A program made the translations under genes and the position numbers. Source: Paraspadella gotoi (lineage: Eukaryota > Animalia > Chaetognatha). Taken from it: a DNA stretch of 64,000 nt. The DNA is taken from positions 10,522,883-10,586,882 of the forward strand of contig CM119269.1 in NCBI GenBank assembly GCA_051294375.1, written 5' to 3'. The notes beneath the pieces were generated by a model. That model made no database searches and had not been told where the DNA came from. It saw only the letters and a program-made list of their open reading frames with translations. This document shows, piece after piece, positions 1 to 13,422 of this stretch (positions within the stretch are counted from its first letter, which is position 1; each line of letters opens with the position of its first letter).

Positions 1-2390
1 TTATTTGATCTTGTTAAAACGGACGGCCAACCGTTTTCAACCAGTAGAGGTTATTTTTACTTGCGATGCACGAATTTTAACTATTGTTTTTAAATTGTTT
101 TTTAATATGTTATCTGTTTTAACTAGTTTTTACAATTGTTTTTTAAATCGGTTTTTAATACGTTTATTTCGCTTGCCTTTTAATTGATACAATACATGTT
201 ATTTAACCTCACTACTTCGAATTCCTGGCGCGAAGCAAATTTAGTTTATTCAGTACAAGATAACATTGAAAACGGAGCTTGAAACGACGTTCGCGTCTTC
301 GCCGAGGTGAGAGGTGAAAAAGGTGAGAATTTTGAAATTCGATTGAAAATTTTTACTTTGATTCCCGGCCTTTTATGACGCGAATTTATTCGCAAAAACG
401 CGACGCTGGTATAAAAACTAATATTTCTCTCCTTTCTCTCTCGGCGAAAATTACGACGCGCGGAGATTCGCGATACTGGAGATAAAAGATCCGGTTCTAT
501 ACGACGCTGATGGTGGAGAAGATCGTCGAGTATCTCCGTCTCTCACACTTCAGATACCGGATTATGCGGCTTGAGCGTCTCGTTTTTTATAACGGACGCT
601 CGCCATTACATGAATTTGACTTATTCCCATTTAATCCTTTTCCTTTTCGGTTTTCCCCTTTGTAGATTCGCCATGGCTTTACTCAGTTCAGGCCTTCGCC
701 GGTCACAGCGCAATGCTCAGCCCGATGAGGAGGCTTAGAGCAGCGCACCTGGAGTGGTTGCAGAGATGAAGCATGTTTGCAGAAGGAGAAGCCCGGATAC
801 AACCCTCGGATGCGGGTCAATGCTGCTTTATGGCATTGGAAAGGTTGACAAGTGTGACGACCATGGGATACCAAAGAAGCTAAGGCTAATAGAGATGAAG
901 TAAGTCAAGCACGAGCTACTCTTCTTGCTCTTGGGATAGGCTTGGCACAACAAAAAGGGTTTCCAAGAGCCCTAGTTATGGTCCTCCTTCCAGAACTTTT
1001 TCTCTGAGACAAGCTGTGGGGTGTTGAGTGTCCTTCCACTCAGGCCTGATGTGAGGCCTAAGGTGATTGTCACCAGTCCTTTAAGGACCCTAAAGAGGCT
1101 TCTCAGTCTGAGAGGAGAAAGCTCTTGCATTGAGAATCCTTCGGGAGGCAGAACTGAAAGCGAGCCTTGTTAGAGCGGGCCCCACCCCCTCGGCCTTCAG
1201 TTCTGCTCCCGAAGTCAAAAGATTCTCAGATGCAAGAGCTTCTCCTGCAGACTGAGAGCCTCTTTAGGGTCCTTACAGACTGGTGACAATTCCCTATGAC
1301 TCACATCAGCCTGAGTGGAAAGGAACACTCACACCCCACCAGCTTGTCCTGCAGAGAAAAAGGTTCTGGAAGGAGGACGCATAACTTAGGGCTCCTTGGA
1401 AACCCTTCTTTGTTGTGCCAAGCTATCCCAAGCAAGAAGAGTAGGCTCGTAGGCTTGAACTTTACTTCATCTCTTATTAGCCTTAGCTCTTTTGGTTATC
1501 CCCATGTCGTCACACTTGTCCTTCCAATGCCATAAGAGCAAGCATTGACCCGCATTCCGAGGGTTTGTAAATCCGGGCTTCTCCTTTCTGCAACATGCTT
1601 CATCTCTGCAACCAACTCCAGGTGCGGCTGACTCTAAGCTCCTCATCGGGCGAGCATTGCGCTGTTGACCGGCGAAGGCCTGAACTGAGTAAGCATGGCG
1701 AATCTACAAAGGGGAAAACGAAAAAAGGGAAAGGATTAAATGGAATAAGTCAAATTCATGTAATAGGGCGAGCGTCGTTATAAAAAACGAGACGCTCAGC
1801 CGTCAATAATCGGTATCTGAAGGTGTGAGAGACGGAGATACTCGACACCGATGCTTCTCCCACCATCAGCGTCGTATAGACCGGATCTTTTATCCTCCGT
1901 TATCGCGAATCTCCGCGCGTCGTAATTTTTCGCCGAGAGAGAAAGGAGAGAAATATTAGTTTTTTCACCAGCGTCGCGTTTTGGCGAATAAATTCGCGTC
2001 ATAAAAAGGCGGGAATCAAAGTAAAAATTTCAATCGAATTTCAAAAATTCTCACCTTTTTCAAACCTCTCAACACTCGGCGAAGACGCGACGTCCGTTTC
2101 AGCTCCGTTTCAATGTTTTTTGATCCTTGTACTGAATAAACCTAAATTTGCTCGGCCCAAGGAATTTCGAAAGTAGTGAGGTTAAATAACATGTATTGTA
2201 TCAAATTAAAAAGGCCAGCGAAATACAACGTATTAAAAACCGATTAAAACAAATGTAAAAACTAGTTAAACAGAGTAAAAACATATTAAAAACAAATATA
2301 AAACAAGTTAAAATTCGTCATCGCAAGTAAAAATAACCTCTACTGGGTTTTGAAAAAACGGTTGGCCCGTCCGTTTACAAGATCAAAATA
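1..2390. repeat. ~2.4 kb inverted repeat (fold-back) centred at ~1165-1188; probably a long-read or amplification chimera
   Basis: 1-1164 is the reverse complement of ~1189-2390 throughout (e.g. ttatttgatcttg at 1 vs caagatcaaaata at ~2378-2390). Spacer is ~24 nt. The arms differ mainly by scattered 1-2 nt indels. The left arm is cut by the window start. Confidence 0.93.
1190..1696 (-). CDS. Putative first coding exon of an unidentified gene (mirrored on + at 673-~1164; frame broken by indel noise)
   Basis: Both arms show a pyrimidine tract and TTTGTAG acceptor followed by ATTCGCCATG (AG at 664-665, ATG at 673 on +; ATG at 1696 on -). Manual consensus of the arms reads roughly MLTQFRPSPVTAQCSPDEELRAAHLELVAEMKHVAERRSPD... 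Candidate donors are GAG/GTGAGA (~306) and AAG/GTGAGA (~322) in the + arm. No family recognised. Confidence 0.45.
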
Positions 2391-2420
2391 CAACTCAATA
2401 ATACGACGACCACGCGTTTC

Positions 2421-2527
2421 TCAATGGCTGCGCGCGAAACCGCGGTAAAAAAGGTAGAATTTCTTCAATATCTCTCGACGGTGATTGGTCCAGGCCCGCA
2501 TCAGGACCGCAGGGGAGAAGCTTGCAT
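2421..2527 (-). other. Two overlapping candidate upstream ORFs (MQASPLRS*, 2527-2501; MRAWTNHRREILKKFYLFYRGFARSH*, 2501-2421)
   Basis: The first ATG is in a CAAAATG context. Stop and start overlap by one base (TGATG). They lie between the promoter-like region and the putative coding exon. Confidence 0.35.
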
Positions 2528-2810
2528 TTTGCGATCCAAAACGCGAAGGGGAACCGCGCGCCGCACACAGATACAGAACGGAAATATTTTAAAAATATTG
2601 AAAACAAAAATGAGGGTGGCGAAGGTTTTTCGAAAAACAGACGAAGAAAAAAAACAAAAAAAAATATTTTTATTAAAAAATACGAGGTTTTTGTTTTTTC
2701 CCCACGGTTGAGACAAAAAAAAGAAAAGAAATAAAGAACTAGAAAAGAAAAGGGAATAAAAAATAGAGAAGAAGATAAAGAAATCCGAACGGCGAACCCC
2801 CGAATCCAAA

Positions 2811-2869
<59 letters not shown>

Positions 2870-2929
2870 TCTCTCGTTCTCCTCTCTCGTCTCTCTCTCC
2901 TCGACCGCGCGCATAAAAGCGAGAAAAAA

Positions 2930-3200
2930 AAATTCCACGTGGTTTCGAGAACGGACGAAGTGGTCGACACGGATATTAAAATCGTCCGCTACTTCCGGTC
3001 CGCCACCGCCGCCGCCGCGTCGATTCTTCAACGTGCGCGCCGGCCGCCGCCGCGCAGCCGCAGCCGGCGGGTAGCCGGGCGAAGGAAAGTGGCTCTCGAT
3101 GCTATGGGTTGTGACTTTTTAGGCATTTATGAGACTAACAAAAGTTGGCTTGCATACGCGAGCGACGAAGCGGCGCCTGGCGGGGGAAAAAAAAAAACAG
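2930..3200 (-). promoter_or_regulatory. GC/CpG-rich promoter-like region
   Basis: ETS-type CCGGAAGT (2991-2998, - strand), E-box CACGTG (2936-2941) and GCC runs, upstream of the putative - strand gene. Confidence 0.4.
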
Positions 3201-3448
3201 CTGCGGTTTGCGATGGAGGCGGGGGGGTAGAGATGGGGTGTGGCGGGGTGAGAGAGGTGGGGATAGCGAGGGTAAAGGGTCAGTCCGATCTGAAGACGGT
3301 TTAGAAGAGGGGCGAATAGGGTTAGGGCGGTGAGGGAGAAAAAGATAAGTGAAAAAAGTTTGAGGCTTTGGTCGAAGATGGATAAAAAAAAAACGCGTCG
3401 AAGAGAAGTTTTTTAACTCTAAGCCGAAGAAGGATTTTTCTAAAAGGA

Positions 3449-3480
<32 letters not shown>

Positions 3481-3505
3481 NNNNNNNNNNNNNNNNNNNN
3501 NNNNN

Positions 3506-3537
<32 letters not shown>

Positions 3538-4231
3538 AAGAGAGACAGAGAGACAGATATAGACAGAGAGAGAAGCGATAAGCCGGTAATATAATTCTTC
3601 TTAAATGTCAATTACTTTGTCACATGAAAAGAAAAAATAAATAGATTATGAAGATCCATTTAATGAGAAATTAATGAAAACAAGTTTATATAATTCTCCA
3701 AGGGTTTTTTCGAGTTACCTCATACTCACTTCTTTTTCTTTTCTTTTTCTTCCTTTCCTTCCTCCCGATGAAATTCATTCTTAAACATTCCATCTCAAAA
3801 CGGCCCCCGCCTTTTTAAACAGCGATCAAATTTTATTTCCTCTGCACCCGAATTAGATCTCCCTTCCTCGATGTTCCTCTCCCGACCTTTCCTCTCTTTT
3901 CACCCTCTTTCTTCTTTCTTTTCTTTTCTTTTCCTCCCCATTTCCGTTTTTAAAAAAAAACTCTTCATCTTTTCTGCTTTCGAGTTTTACCGCCATTAAT
4001 TTGATTTGCAGGAGACTAAAAAAAGAATAAAAGCGATGTCGAGGCGACGCCCTAACCGGAGGGGCGACGCCGGTGACGACGACGATGACGACGACGGCGA
4101 CGATGATATCGAAAGAGGGAATTGGACGAGGATGTGAACGGGAACTAATATGATCCAAGCCGAACTTGAAAGAAGACGAAAGAATTTGAAAATTTTGATT
4201 TGCTTCTGGAAGATTCTCTCTCTCTTTGTCA

Positions 4232-4237
<6 letters not shown>

Positions 4238-4313
<76 letters not shown>
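4238..4313. repeat. (CT)n microsatellite, representative of dozens of GA/CT tracts (e.g. 5155-5247, 6965-7030, 31240-31440, 49320-49410, 55643-55722)
   Basis: Directly visible dinucleotide runs. Confidence 0.95.
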
Positions 4314-4316
<3 letters not shown>

Positions 4317-5154
4317 CCTTTCTTCTACCCCTCATATCATTTTTCCCTTTTAATGATCGTTAAAATTCACACAAGATTTAACGTTTTCTTCTACAAGCAA
4401 CAATGCAGTTGTTCTCGTTAATGTTCTAATGGTTCTGGCAGTTTCTTTTGTTTTTGCTTGCTCAGGTATCATCGTCAACGTTCCTTGTTGGCCTTTTATT
4501 ACCGTCACCGTTGATGCGGAGCCAGTTGGGTCGGTGTTGCGTTTTTGTTGTTGTTGTTGTCCTAGTCATTAAAAAATTGTGGTAGATGTCGCTTTTTTAT
4601 TTTCAAATCGAGGTTCGTGCAATTAATTTTCGCCACATCATCGTTTTCATTTGTCGAAGGCCAAGTTAGTCCCCCTCCCTTGTCGTTGTCGTTGTCGTTG
4701 TCGTAGTTGTTGTTGTAGTTCATCTGGAAACGACAGAGACAGGGAGGGAGCTTTTGTAGTCTTTGACGGCTTCCATAAAAACTCTCGGCGCCGGAAAACG
4801 AAATCGGCGATTATTTCCGGAATGAGGACGTGATGAAGACGAGAAAGACGACGACGACGACGAGGTCGACGACGACAACCGAGACGATAACGTCGAGCAC
4901 GTTCGCCTTTCATCCTCGGAAATGGAACAAAACTAGATTCGACATCCTCGACAAGGATTTAAGGGGGGAAGAATTCTGGTTCCGGATGTAACTCATTGTA
5001 AATATAAGAAAGTTATTTTCGTTTTTTTAAAGGCGAAATCCGTATGTAACTTGAAATGTGTTTCATAGTAGAATTTAAACTTAAATCGAGGACGCGACAC
5101 GCGTCACGTGGTTTCAATGCCTCGCGAAAATGTGGAAAAAAAGATATTTACGAC

Positions 5155-5251
<97 letters not shown>

Positions 5252-6608
5252 AAAGAGAGGAGAGGGAGTAAAGAAGGGAGGGAGGTAAGAAAACTTTTTT
5301 TTATTTATAGATTATTCCACGCCATTAGGAAGCAAAGGATTATGGTCCGTTTCGTCCTGTCGTTTACGTCGTCGTGGTCGTCGTCGTCGTGGTCGTCGTC
5401 GTTTTTCTCATCGTCATCGTCATCGTCATCGTCTTCAACCGAACTCGTTTTTATTTTTCCTTTCGTTGATGTAATAAACGTAAAAAAAAATGTGATAAAC
5501 AACCTTTGGCTATGAATTTTTTCACAGCAAATAACCAATCTCATCGGAAATTTTTCTAATGCATTTAATTCTTTTTATTTTTTCATAGTAATTAGTTGAA
5601 GTAAATCATAAAATTCAGCATCGTGCACATCATTCACTGGGCTTGTGCGTTATTGTAAATAACTCTTGTGCCCGATTTTCGTTAATCTCGTTCCCTCATA
5701 TTTCGCCGCACGAAAACAAATTCCTTAATGATTTAGGAAAAATAGAAGAGAAAAGAAAAATACTTTTGTCATGAATTTTTGATTGAAATTTTAGTTGGTG
5801 CGTCTGGTGGATGAAAATCAATCCCCTGTGGGACTTGCTATACCATTATACCATCATACCACATTTCGAAGCAAGGTTTGAAATTCTAAGGCTGTTTTTG
5901 GATGTACGAATACTTATCATAGTCCGTACTAGACAGTGACGACAACCACATCCCTAATTTTTATCGTCGTTGTCATCCTCATTTTCGTTTTCATCGTCAT
6001 CGTCGACGTCATCCTCTTTTCCTCCATTTTCTTCTCCTCGTTTAATGGAGTTCTCATTTAGTTCTTCGCCGTTAGGCGGCGCGGATCGGGAATTCGATTC
6101 AGCGGAGCGAATGACTTTGGCGCCCTTTGTTATATTTGGGAGAAGTCAGTCGAGGGTAAGTCTGACTGTGAAGGGTGAGGCAGTACCATTTCGAGAGAGT
6201 GAGCGAGAGTTTGACTGAGAGCGAGTGGATTCAGTTAAGTGAGTGTCATTAAAGTTCATTTCAGAAATTTCTGTGAAGCATAAATTATCGAACCGTTTTT
6301 TAAATTATTTATTGTAGATAAATGTTCGGAAAATAGAATATCATTTTATGATATCATGTGATGATATTTTAAAGATAATGTAATGTTTTATCAACTAGCA
6401 TCATTAGATTATACATCGTCAATAAACTCAATATGATATTTTAATAGATCCCGGTTCTCATCATCATCGTCATCATACTCGTCGTCGTCGCTGTCTTCAT
6501 AATCGGTGTTTGTCGGCGCGAAACGTAGCTTGGTTCTTGGGCTCTCGTGCTTGGTGCTTAGACGGTAAATTATCGGCGCCTCGCTGAGAGGAAAGGCGGC
6601 GGCAGCAT

Positions 6609-6639
<31 letters not shown>

Positions 6640-6963
6640 AGCGGCGAAGTCGCCAGCGGTATCGGTTTCCTTGAATACCGAATGTAATCACTTGAAAAAA
6701 ATCTTTTCTGCTGAAAAATCTTCGAATATTTATCGTTCCCTTTTTTCATTACAGATATAAACTTATTAAAATGAATTATATAATATATATATGTACCTAT
6801 ATAATATATAAATCTTCTTGTGAAGTCAGATTTACTTTTTTCCGATCGTCCCCTCATTTTGCTTATAAACTGTTCTAAAGCCCGACGGGGCTAAACATTA
6901 TGGCGTTTACGGTTTAGTGACGCAGAGAGAAAAAAGAAAAAGAGAGAGGAGAAGAAGAGATAG

Positions 6964-7038
<75 letters not shown>

Positions 7039-7832
7039 CCTACCGGTACTTACCGCTGACGATTTCCCTTTCATCTTTTCCCCCTGCGTCCCTTCATCTC
7101 TCAACCCACCCGGGGGTGGTGGGTTCCCCCTCCGCCCCACAGTCTTCAGCAGAGGCTTTGGAGTGAAAAGGTTGGCAATCAGACCTTCGAGGGACGTCCA
7201 TTAGCAACAATCCTTTTGGATTAAGGCTCGGGTTTCGCAGCCAAACCAGAACAGTTTTTTTGCCGCGTCTTTCTGCGACTCACTAATACATTTTTCGGTC
7301 GGTCCGTCCGTCAAGAATGTTATGTTTAATAAAATAACTAAAAATATAAAATCTTTTCTATAAAAGAATTCTTTACTTACCTCTTTTATACTAAGTTTTT
7401 GATCTTGAAATATAGCAATAGTGAACTGATTGAAATCTGGAAAGCATTTTTTTCTTTGTCGTAGGGGGGCAGAGGAATAGAAAATGGAATTTGAAGGATG
7501 GAAGTAAGAGAAGAGGAGGGGGAAAAGAAAAAATAAAATGAAAAGAATGAGTGTTGGGGATCGCGAGATAGTCGGTGGAGTCTTAGTGGAAGGGAAAAGA
7601 CAAAAAAACAAAAGAAAAAAAAAGGAAAATCAATCGGGATCCTACGAAGGCAAAGGATGGAGAGAAGGACGAAGGTTGAAGTTGAGATCCTTTGCCCGAA
7701 TCCTTCGCCCGACTCCTTCGTCCGTCTCCTCCGAACGACTCCTTTGTTCGGCTTCGCTGCCTTAGACTGCTGGCCGGCGTTGTTTTCGTAGAACGAGTTT
7801 AAGGAGACAATAAAGAAGCGGAGGAGAACTTG

Positions 7833-7896
<64 letters not shown>

Positions 7897-9333
7897 CCTC
7901 CATCACTCCGTTTTTTTACATACACACAAAGGAGAAACAACAATAAAGAAATGCACAGCTCGACTTTGACCTCTCACGGTCAAAGTCACGCACAAAAAAA
8001 AATAGAAGACAAATATTTTTCATTTAAAAAAAGGGTTTTTTTTTTAACTTTGACAATTGAGAAAATATTTCAAAATTTTCACGTTCGTTGTCGAAACTAC
8101 TAAAAAGGTTGGGCGACATATATAAAAACTTTTGCACTTTTAACTTTTAACTTTTTTCTTATCTCGTGTATCTTCGGCTTTATATTCCGTCGAGAAAATC
8201 TGTTTTTCTTGTGGAGTCTTTGGGTAAAAAACTTTGGTCCGTATCTTTCTTTTTTGTTGTTTTTGTTTTTGTTGTTTTTGTTTTGTTTTTTCCCCCTGTT
8301 GTTATCACGTTTTTTATTTGTTGTCATTTCCCAAGTTGGTCAGAGAGTTCAATGGCCGAAGTGTCTCCGAAGAACGACGCATAAAGGTTACTGACTACTT
8401 GAATCGACTTGGGGAAATAACAACAAAGAAAATCAATAAGAACGATATAACTTAGATAACTTAGATAACGATATAACTTAGATTTAGATAAAATCTTATT
8501 CTAAAATATTAATAAACTATAAAAAGATAAAACAACCCCTGAGTGTGTATAAATTTTTAGCTCCCTGGGGGGGTCTCTTAGGGTGGTCTCCTTGGGCATA
8601 GGATTGTAGTGCCCTTTGGGGATTTTTATTTTTATTTTTTTTATCACACCAACATAAAAGCTTTTGCGATCGACAGAACCCGAGACATTTGATTATAGTA
8701 TGGTCGACGTATTTTGTTTGAGGCGTTTAACCTTTTTCACCGAGTCATTTGATGTCGCTTTCGTCGTTTATAGTTAACATTCTCACTGCCCGTTCGTTAT
8801 TCTGTTCACTCTCTCTTCTCTCTCGATTAGAAATAAAGTCACTCTATCCGAAATTATCAAAACGAACGAAAAAAAAAGACGCAGTCTGTCTGCGTGTCGA
8901 CAAAGAAAAAGAATAACCTTTCTCTCTCTCTCTCTCTCTCTNNNNNNNNNNNNNNNNNNNNNNNNNNNNNNNNNNNNNNNNNNNNNNNNNNNNNNNNNNN
9001 NNNNNNNNNNNNNNNNNNNNNNNNNNNNNNNNNNNNNNNNNNNNNNNNNNNNNNNNNNNNNNNNNNNNNNNNNNNNNNNNNNNNNNNNNNNNNNNNNNNN
9101 NNNNNNNNNNNNNNNNNNNNNNNNNNNNNNNNNNNNNNNNNNNNNNNNNNNNNNNNTTTTTTGTTATAAAAACAAACGTGAAAAGAATGAAATCAGAAAA
9201 GGTGAGGAAAACCGTCGTTTTTTTCTTATTTTTCATCACAATCATCATTTTCATCAAAAACCTCAACAACAACATCAACAACATCAACAACAATGTCAGC
9301 GTGATAACCGTTGTCGTGGTCATCTTCTCTTTG

Positions 9334-9365
<32 letters not shown>

Positions 9366-11206
9366 ACTCAATCGTCAGTCTCAATCGGTTCTACAGTAAA
9401 AAAGGATTTTCGAAACTCGTCGAAGGTTTTAGCCGAGATCCAGTGTCCGGGTCCATTATCCCTCGACCAAGAAATCGTCGCCGTTAGAACGGAACTCGAC
9501 GAATCGACCGGGACTGTCATTAAGACTGACATAGACCGATTAGCGCAGTCACTTTTAGGTTTGACAATAACAAATCGTCCGAATTGTCATTAGGACTGGC
9601 GTTAATGGTAAACAAAAACCTGACGTGGATTCTTTTGGACTTTAGGCCTGACACGAACGGATCTGAATTGAAAACAAATAAATCGGTACATTTTAAGAAC
9701 ACGATTTTTATAATCACAACATTCTGCCGAACAATTCGATAGCAACAAAAAAAAAAGTTAAATCAAACAAAGTTGTATTCGAGCAAATTTTCCTTTACTC
9801 AAAATATCTCGTCATTTTTAGCCAAAAATGGCCGAGTTCAGCCAGATTTATTATCTCGAACCGAATCCCTGGACAAAAATAGGGAAGACGTTCATCAAAA
9901 TTAGGAAGAGTGAGACTCGAATTCGCTGGCAATTGACTAAAGATTGACTTGAGATTAACTTGTGATAAATTACTGAGGGGATAGTGATGAAGTAGCTACG
10001 AACTGCAACTGCTGTAAGCTAATGGACTAGCGAATTATACAGTAAACACTATACAGTATACACGAAGGACCGAATCTCAATGAAATGACACAGATTGACA
10101 TATATTGACTTTTCAATTAATTTCTTTCTTTCCTAATTTCATACTTTATTTCCCGGAGTTGACTCTAGACGAGAAGTCTGTTCAATCCCGGGACTCGTTT
10201 ATCGTCTCTCTCTCTCTCTCTCTCTGTCATCTCTCACCTCACATACTCCTTTCCACACAGCTCGTCTCCGCCTTTCATCCGCCCGGCCAGCTCGGTCTCG
10301 CCTTTCCTCTTCACGCCTCCACTCTCGCTCTGCGCTCTTCTGTGCCCGGTGGCCGCTCGCCGCCGTCGCCTCCCGCGTCTTGGGTCGCCTCGTTTCGGCG
10401 CCGCCCCTCACAATCTACTCCTCGTCACCTCGCGCATCCTCCCTCTTTGTCTCTATAAATGTCATAATCGTGAGTCGCACGGCTGATACGCCACTATCCG
10501 CTTTCTAAAAATCTCAATACTAATCCTTGACTACTAGTTATACCGAGTTTTAAAACGCGCCACAGGGGGCTAAAACCGAGTATAGGGTAAACATTACGGA
10601 TATGTGTACGCCGGAACCAAGATCAGTCTGCAGCACTACATGCCGCACTAAACTCGCGCACTCCGCCGTATTTTTCGATATGAAATTGGGCGATCAAATC
10701 CTCCCATCGTGCAGCGCTCGCGCGGACCTGCGCAACCCGCCTCAAAAAGAAAGACCAAAACGCCTCGCCCTCGTCGAGTCTCTCCCAATCCTGGGCGAGG
10801 AGGTGGCAACGCGTCCGGCGACTTTTGTCCCAACTGCGGCGCCTCCTCTCTCCGCCGGCCGGCAACACTCCGATTTCTTCTCCGGACCCCTCCGAGAAGA
10901 GTCAGGCATCCTGCCCCATCGCGACGCAACGCGCACGCCGCCGCGCGCATCAAATACCGTCCCCTCCTCGACACGAACTCAAGATCACGTCCACCTGTCT
11001 CGCTCCCTTCTCTGAGACGTCCGCTCCCCCCATCCTCGGACCATCTCCTTGAGCTAGCATTAGCTCTGACCTTCGAATACTCCATGACGCCTTCTCCCGG
11101 GCTCCGTATCGCACATAATGATCTTCACCCTTTCAGCTCCCGAGCCACTCCTTCTCTCCCCCCCCCCGCCTTCCCATCCGGGTTAAACCACCGCGCAACG
11201 TTCAAA

Positions 11207-11755
11207 CCCCCCCACGAATTGGATGGTGAGCGATGACTCCTCCTACGCCTCGCTGCCCAATTTTTGTGATCAATTTTGATTTTCCCCTCCTTCTCGCCCC
11301 CGGCTCGATATCGCCGACGCTTAATGACTCCCATCCACCATTTCTTTTAATTTTCGGGATGAAAAAAAACAATCGCCACCCGGTCACCGCGGACCTTCCC
11401 ACCCCGGGAGAGGGCCGCGCGGGGGGGAAGGATAGTCCGGATACGGTCGAGAGCTGGGTCCAGGCATGCTGAATCAANNNNNNNNNNNNNNNNNNNNNNN
11501 NNCCCCCCCAGGGCGAATTGTGATGGTGAGCGATGACTCTCTCTCGCTCTCGCTCCCAATTTTGTGGATCCAATTGATTTTCCCCTCCTTCTCGCTTCAT
11601 CGCCGACGTTTAATGACTCCATCCCATTTTCTTTTTATTTCGGGGATGAAATCGAATCGCCACCGGTCACCGCGGACCTTCCCCCCCGGGAGAGGGGCCG
11701 GCGGGGGGGGGAGGAGGAGTCGGATATCGGTCGAGAGCTGGGGGTCAGTCATTGG
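11207..11755. repeat. ~270 bp tandem duplication straddling a 25-N gap (gap-overfill artefact likely)
   Basis: 11207-11477 and 11503-11755 share gatggtgagcgatgactc...ccggtcaccgcggaccttccc...ggtcgagagctggg, differing mainly by indels. Confidence 0.85.
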
Positions 11756-13422
11756 GTGAGATCATTTCGACAGAAGGGTCGGTCATTGGGTAAAAAGCTT
11801 ATTGGAAGGGTCAAGCGCTTCGGAAGATCATAGAATCAACGGATAGATCAAGATGAGTTTCGGGCGAAAAAAAGGTAATCCGTTTGGCGAGATAATTTTA
11901 TCCAGGAGGAAAAAAAATGGGCAAAGCTTTTTAGAGGGTCTAATAAAAACATATAAAAATAGAAATATAAAAATAGAAAAATAGAAATCTCAAGGATGAG
12001 TTATCTTTAACCGTATTACCTAGCGGGATGACTTAAGGTTGCTGGAGGACAGTTCCATCTATGAACTCTGCCCACGACTTCGCCGGCGTCATTTCCACTC
12101 GAAGGAAAACCGTGATCAGTCAGCTTCCAGGGGCGATAGGGCAAGGTGGGGCATGGTTGGGCATGGTTGGGCAAGGTAAAGAGAGGACGTGGAAGCGGGG
12201 CGGGTGAAATGAAAAAAGTCTAATCAGAAGGGCGGATGTGAAAAGACGGAAGAAGGCGAAGTCGCGGGGAAGAGGGATGAAGGCGAGACGGAGATACATG
12301 GAGATAAGCAGAATTGGGCACGGCGTGAATTGAGACTTATGGCCGAGTTATTTGGCGAGTCGAGAAGAACAGCAGAAGTGTAAATGACACGCACCCGGTC
12401 GCAGAACGAGAGGAGCGAGGAGGAGGAGGAGGAAGGAGAGACAAAGCCGCGGTAAGGCGTGTTAAAGATTTTAAACTAGGTAATGGAGGTGAGTGGGTTG
12501 AAGAAGAGGATTTCTTTTGCCCCGGGAATCAATCCCCTGCCGCTGGACTGTCTTCTTGACAGTCGAAAAACACTTTCGCGCCCTTTTTTTTTGTCGTCGT
12601 CGTCGTCGTCGTAGTCGTCGTCCGTCGTCGTCGTCCGCTATCGCTCGTCGTCGTCCTCGTAGTCGTCGCTATCGTCGGTCGTCGTTCATCCGCAAAAAGT
12701 TTGGAGGAAAAAAAAATTCATTTAATCGTCCTTGGCGCGATAAGTTACTTTTGTGCTATGAAAACTAGGTTTGGGAGAAACTTGCCTAACATATTTTAAA
12801 AACTGTCCCTACTAGAAAACGAAAGCGAGAAGAAAGGAGACGACGAGAAGAGAGATAGAGCGTACACCGTCCTTCATCTTACCCCATAATCAGGCTGCTC
12901 CGACAAGCAGTCAAGCTCAATTCCGAATGGCCTTGATGGACGCATCTCACAAGACCGTCTTTAAGAACTCTTTCCCCCGCAGCATGGCGTTCCGCACCAT
13001 TGCGTCACCACGCGAAGATTTTCGTGGATTTATTGGTGGATTCACCATAGCCTCCATCTTGGATCGCAGATTTGTAGCGCACGTTGCAGAGCAAAGGAGA
13101 GGATTTTTCAAACTCGAAATTAGTTTAGAAAAAAAACCGTAAGAGAATCTACGAGAGAATTCCGTCACATCCTTTCATGAAAAATCTAACTAGGTCAAAC
13201 AGACCAAAACCGCCAGACTGAGATGCATAAACGCGTTTCGCATCTGGTCCTTGCGAGCTAAATTAAACCGCGTTATAGACACAAAGAATCTTAATTAAAT
13301 CAATATGAACAATTCCTTCGAAAAGCTTGGCCTTAAAAATCTGAAAAAACCAAGACAGAACGGTGATTCCAATGTGTTTCGCCCGCAGTGACTTTATTTC
13401 AACCGTGTCATTCCCTTGAGCA

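Noticed and set aside
10602-11236. GC-rich overlapping ORFs including CPNC
   Set aside because: No recognisable family; the region is indel-noisy fill.
12927-13142. HVAE motif as the missing mex3 exon; FKNSFPRS as a LINE C-terminus
   Set aside because: The context does not match SSEHVAEIVGRQG and there is no donor. The LINE motif is too short to support.
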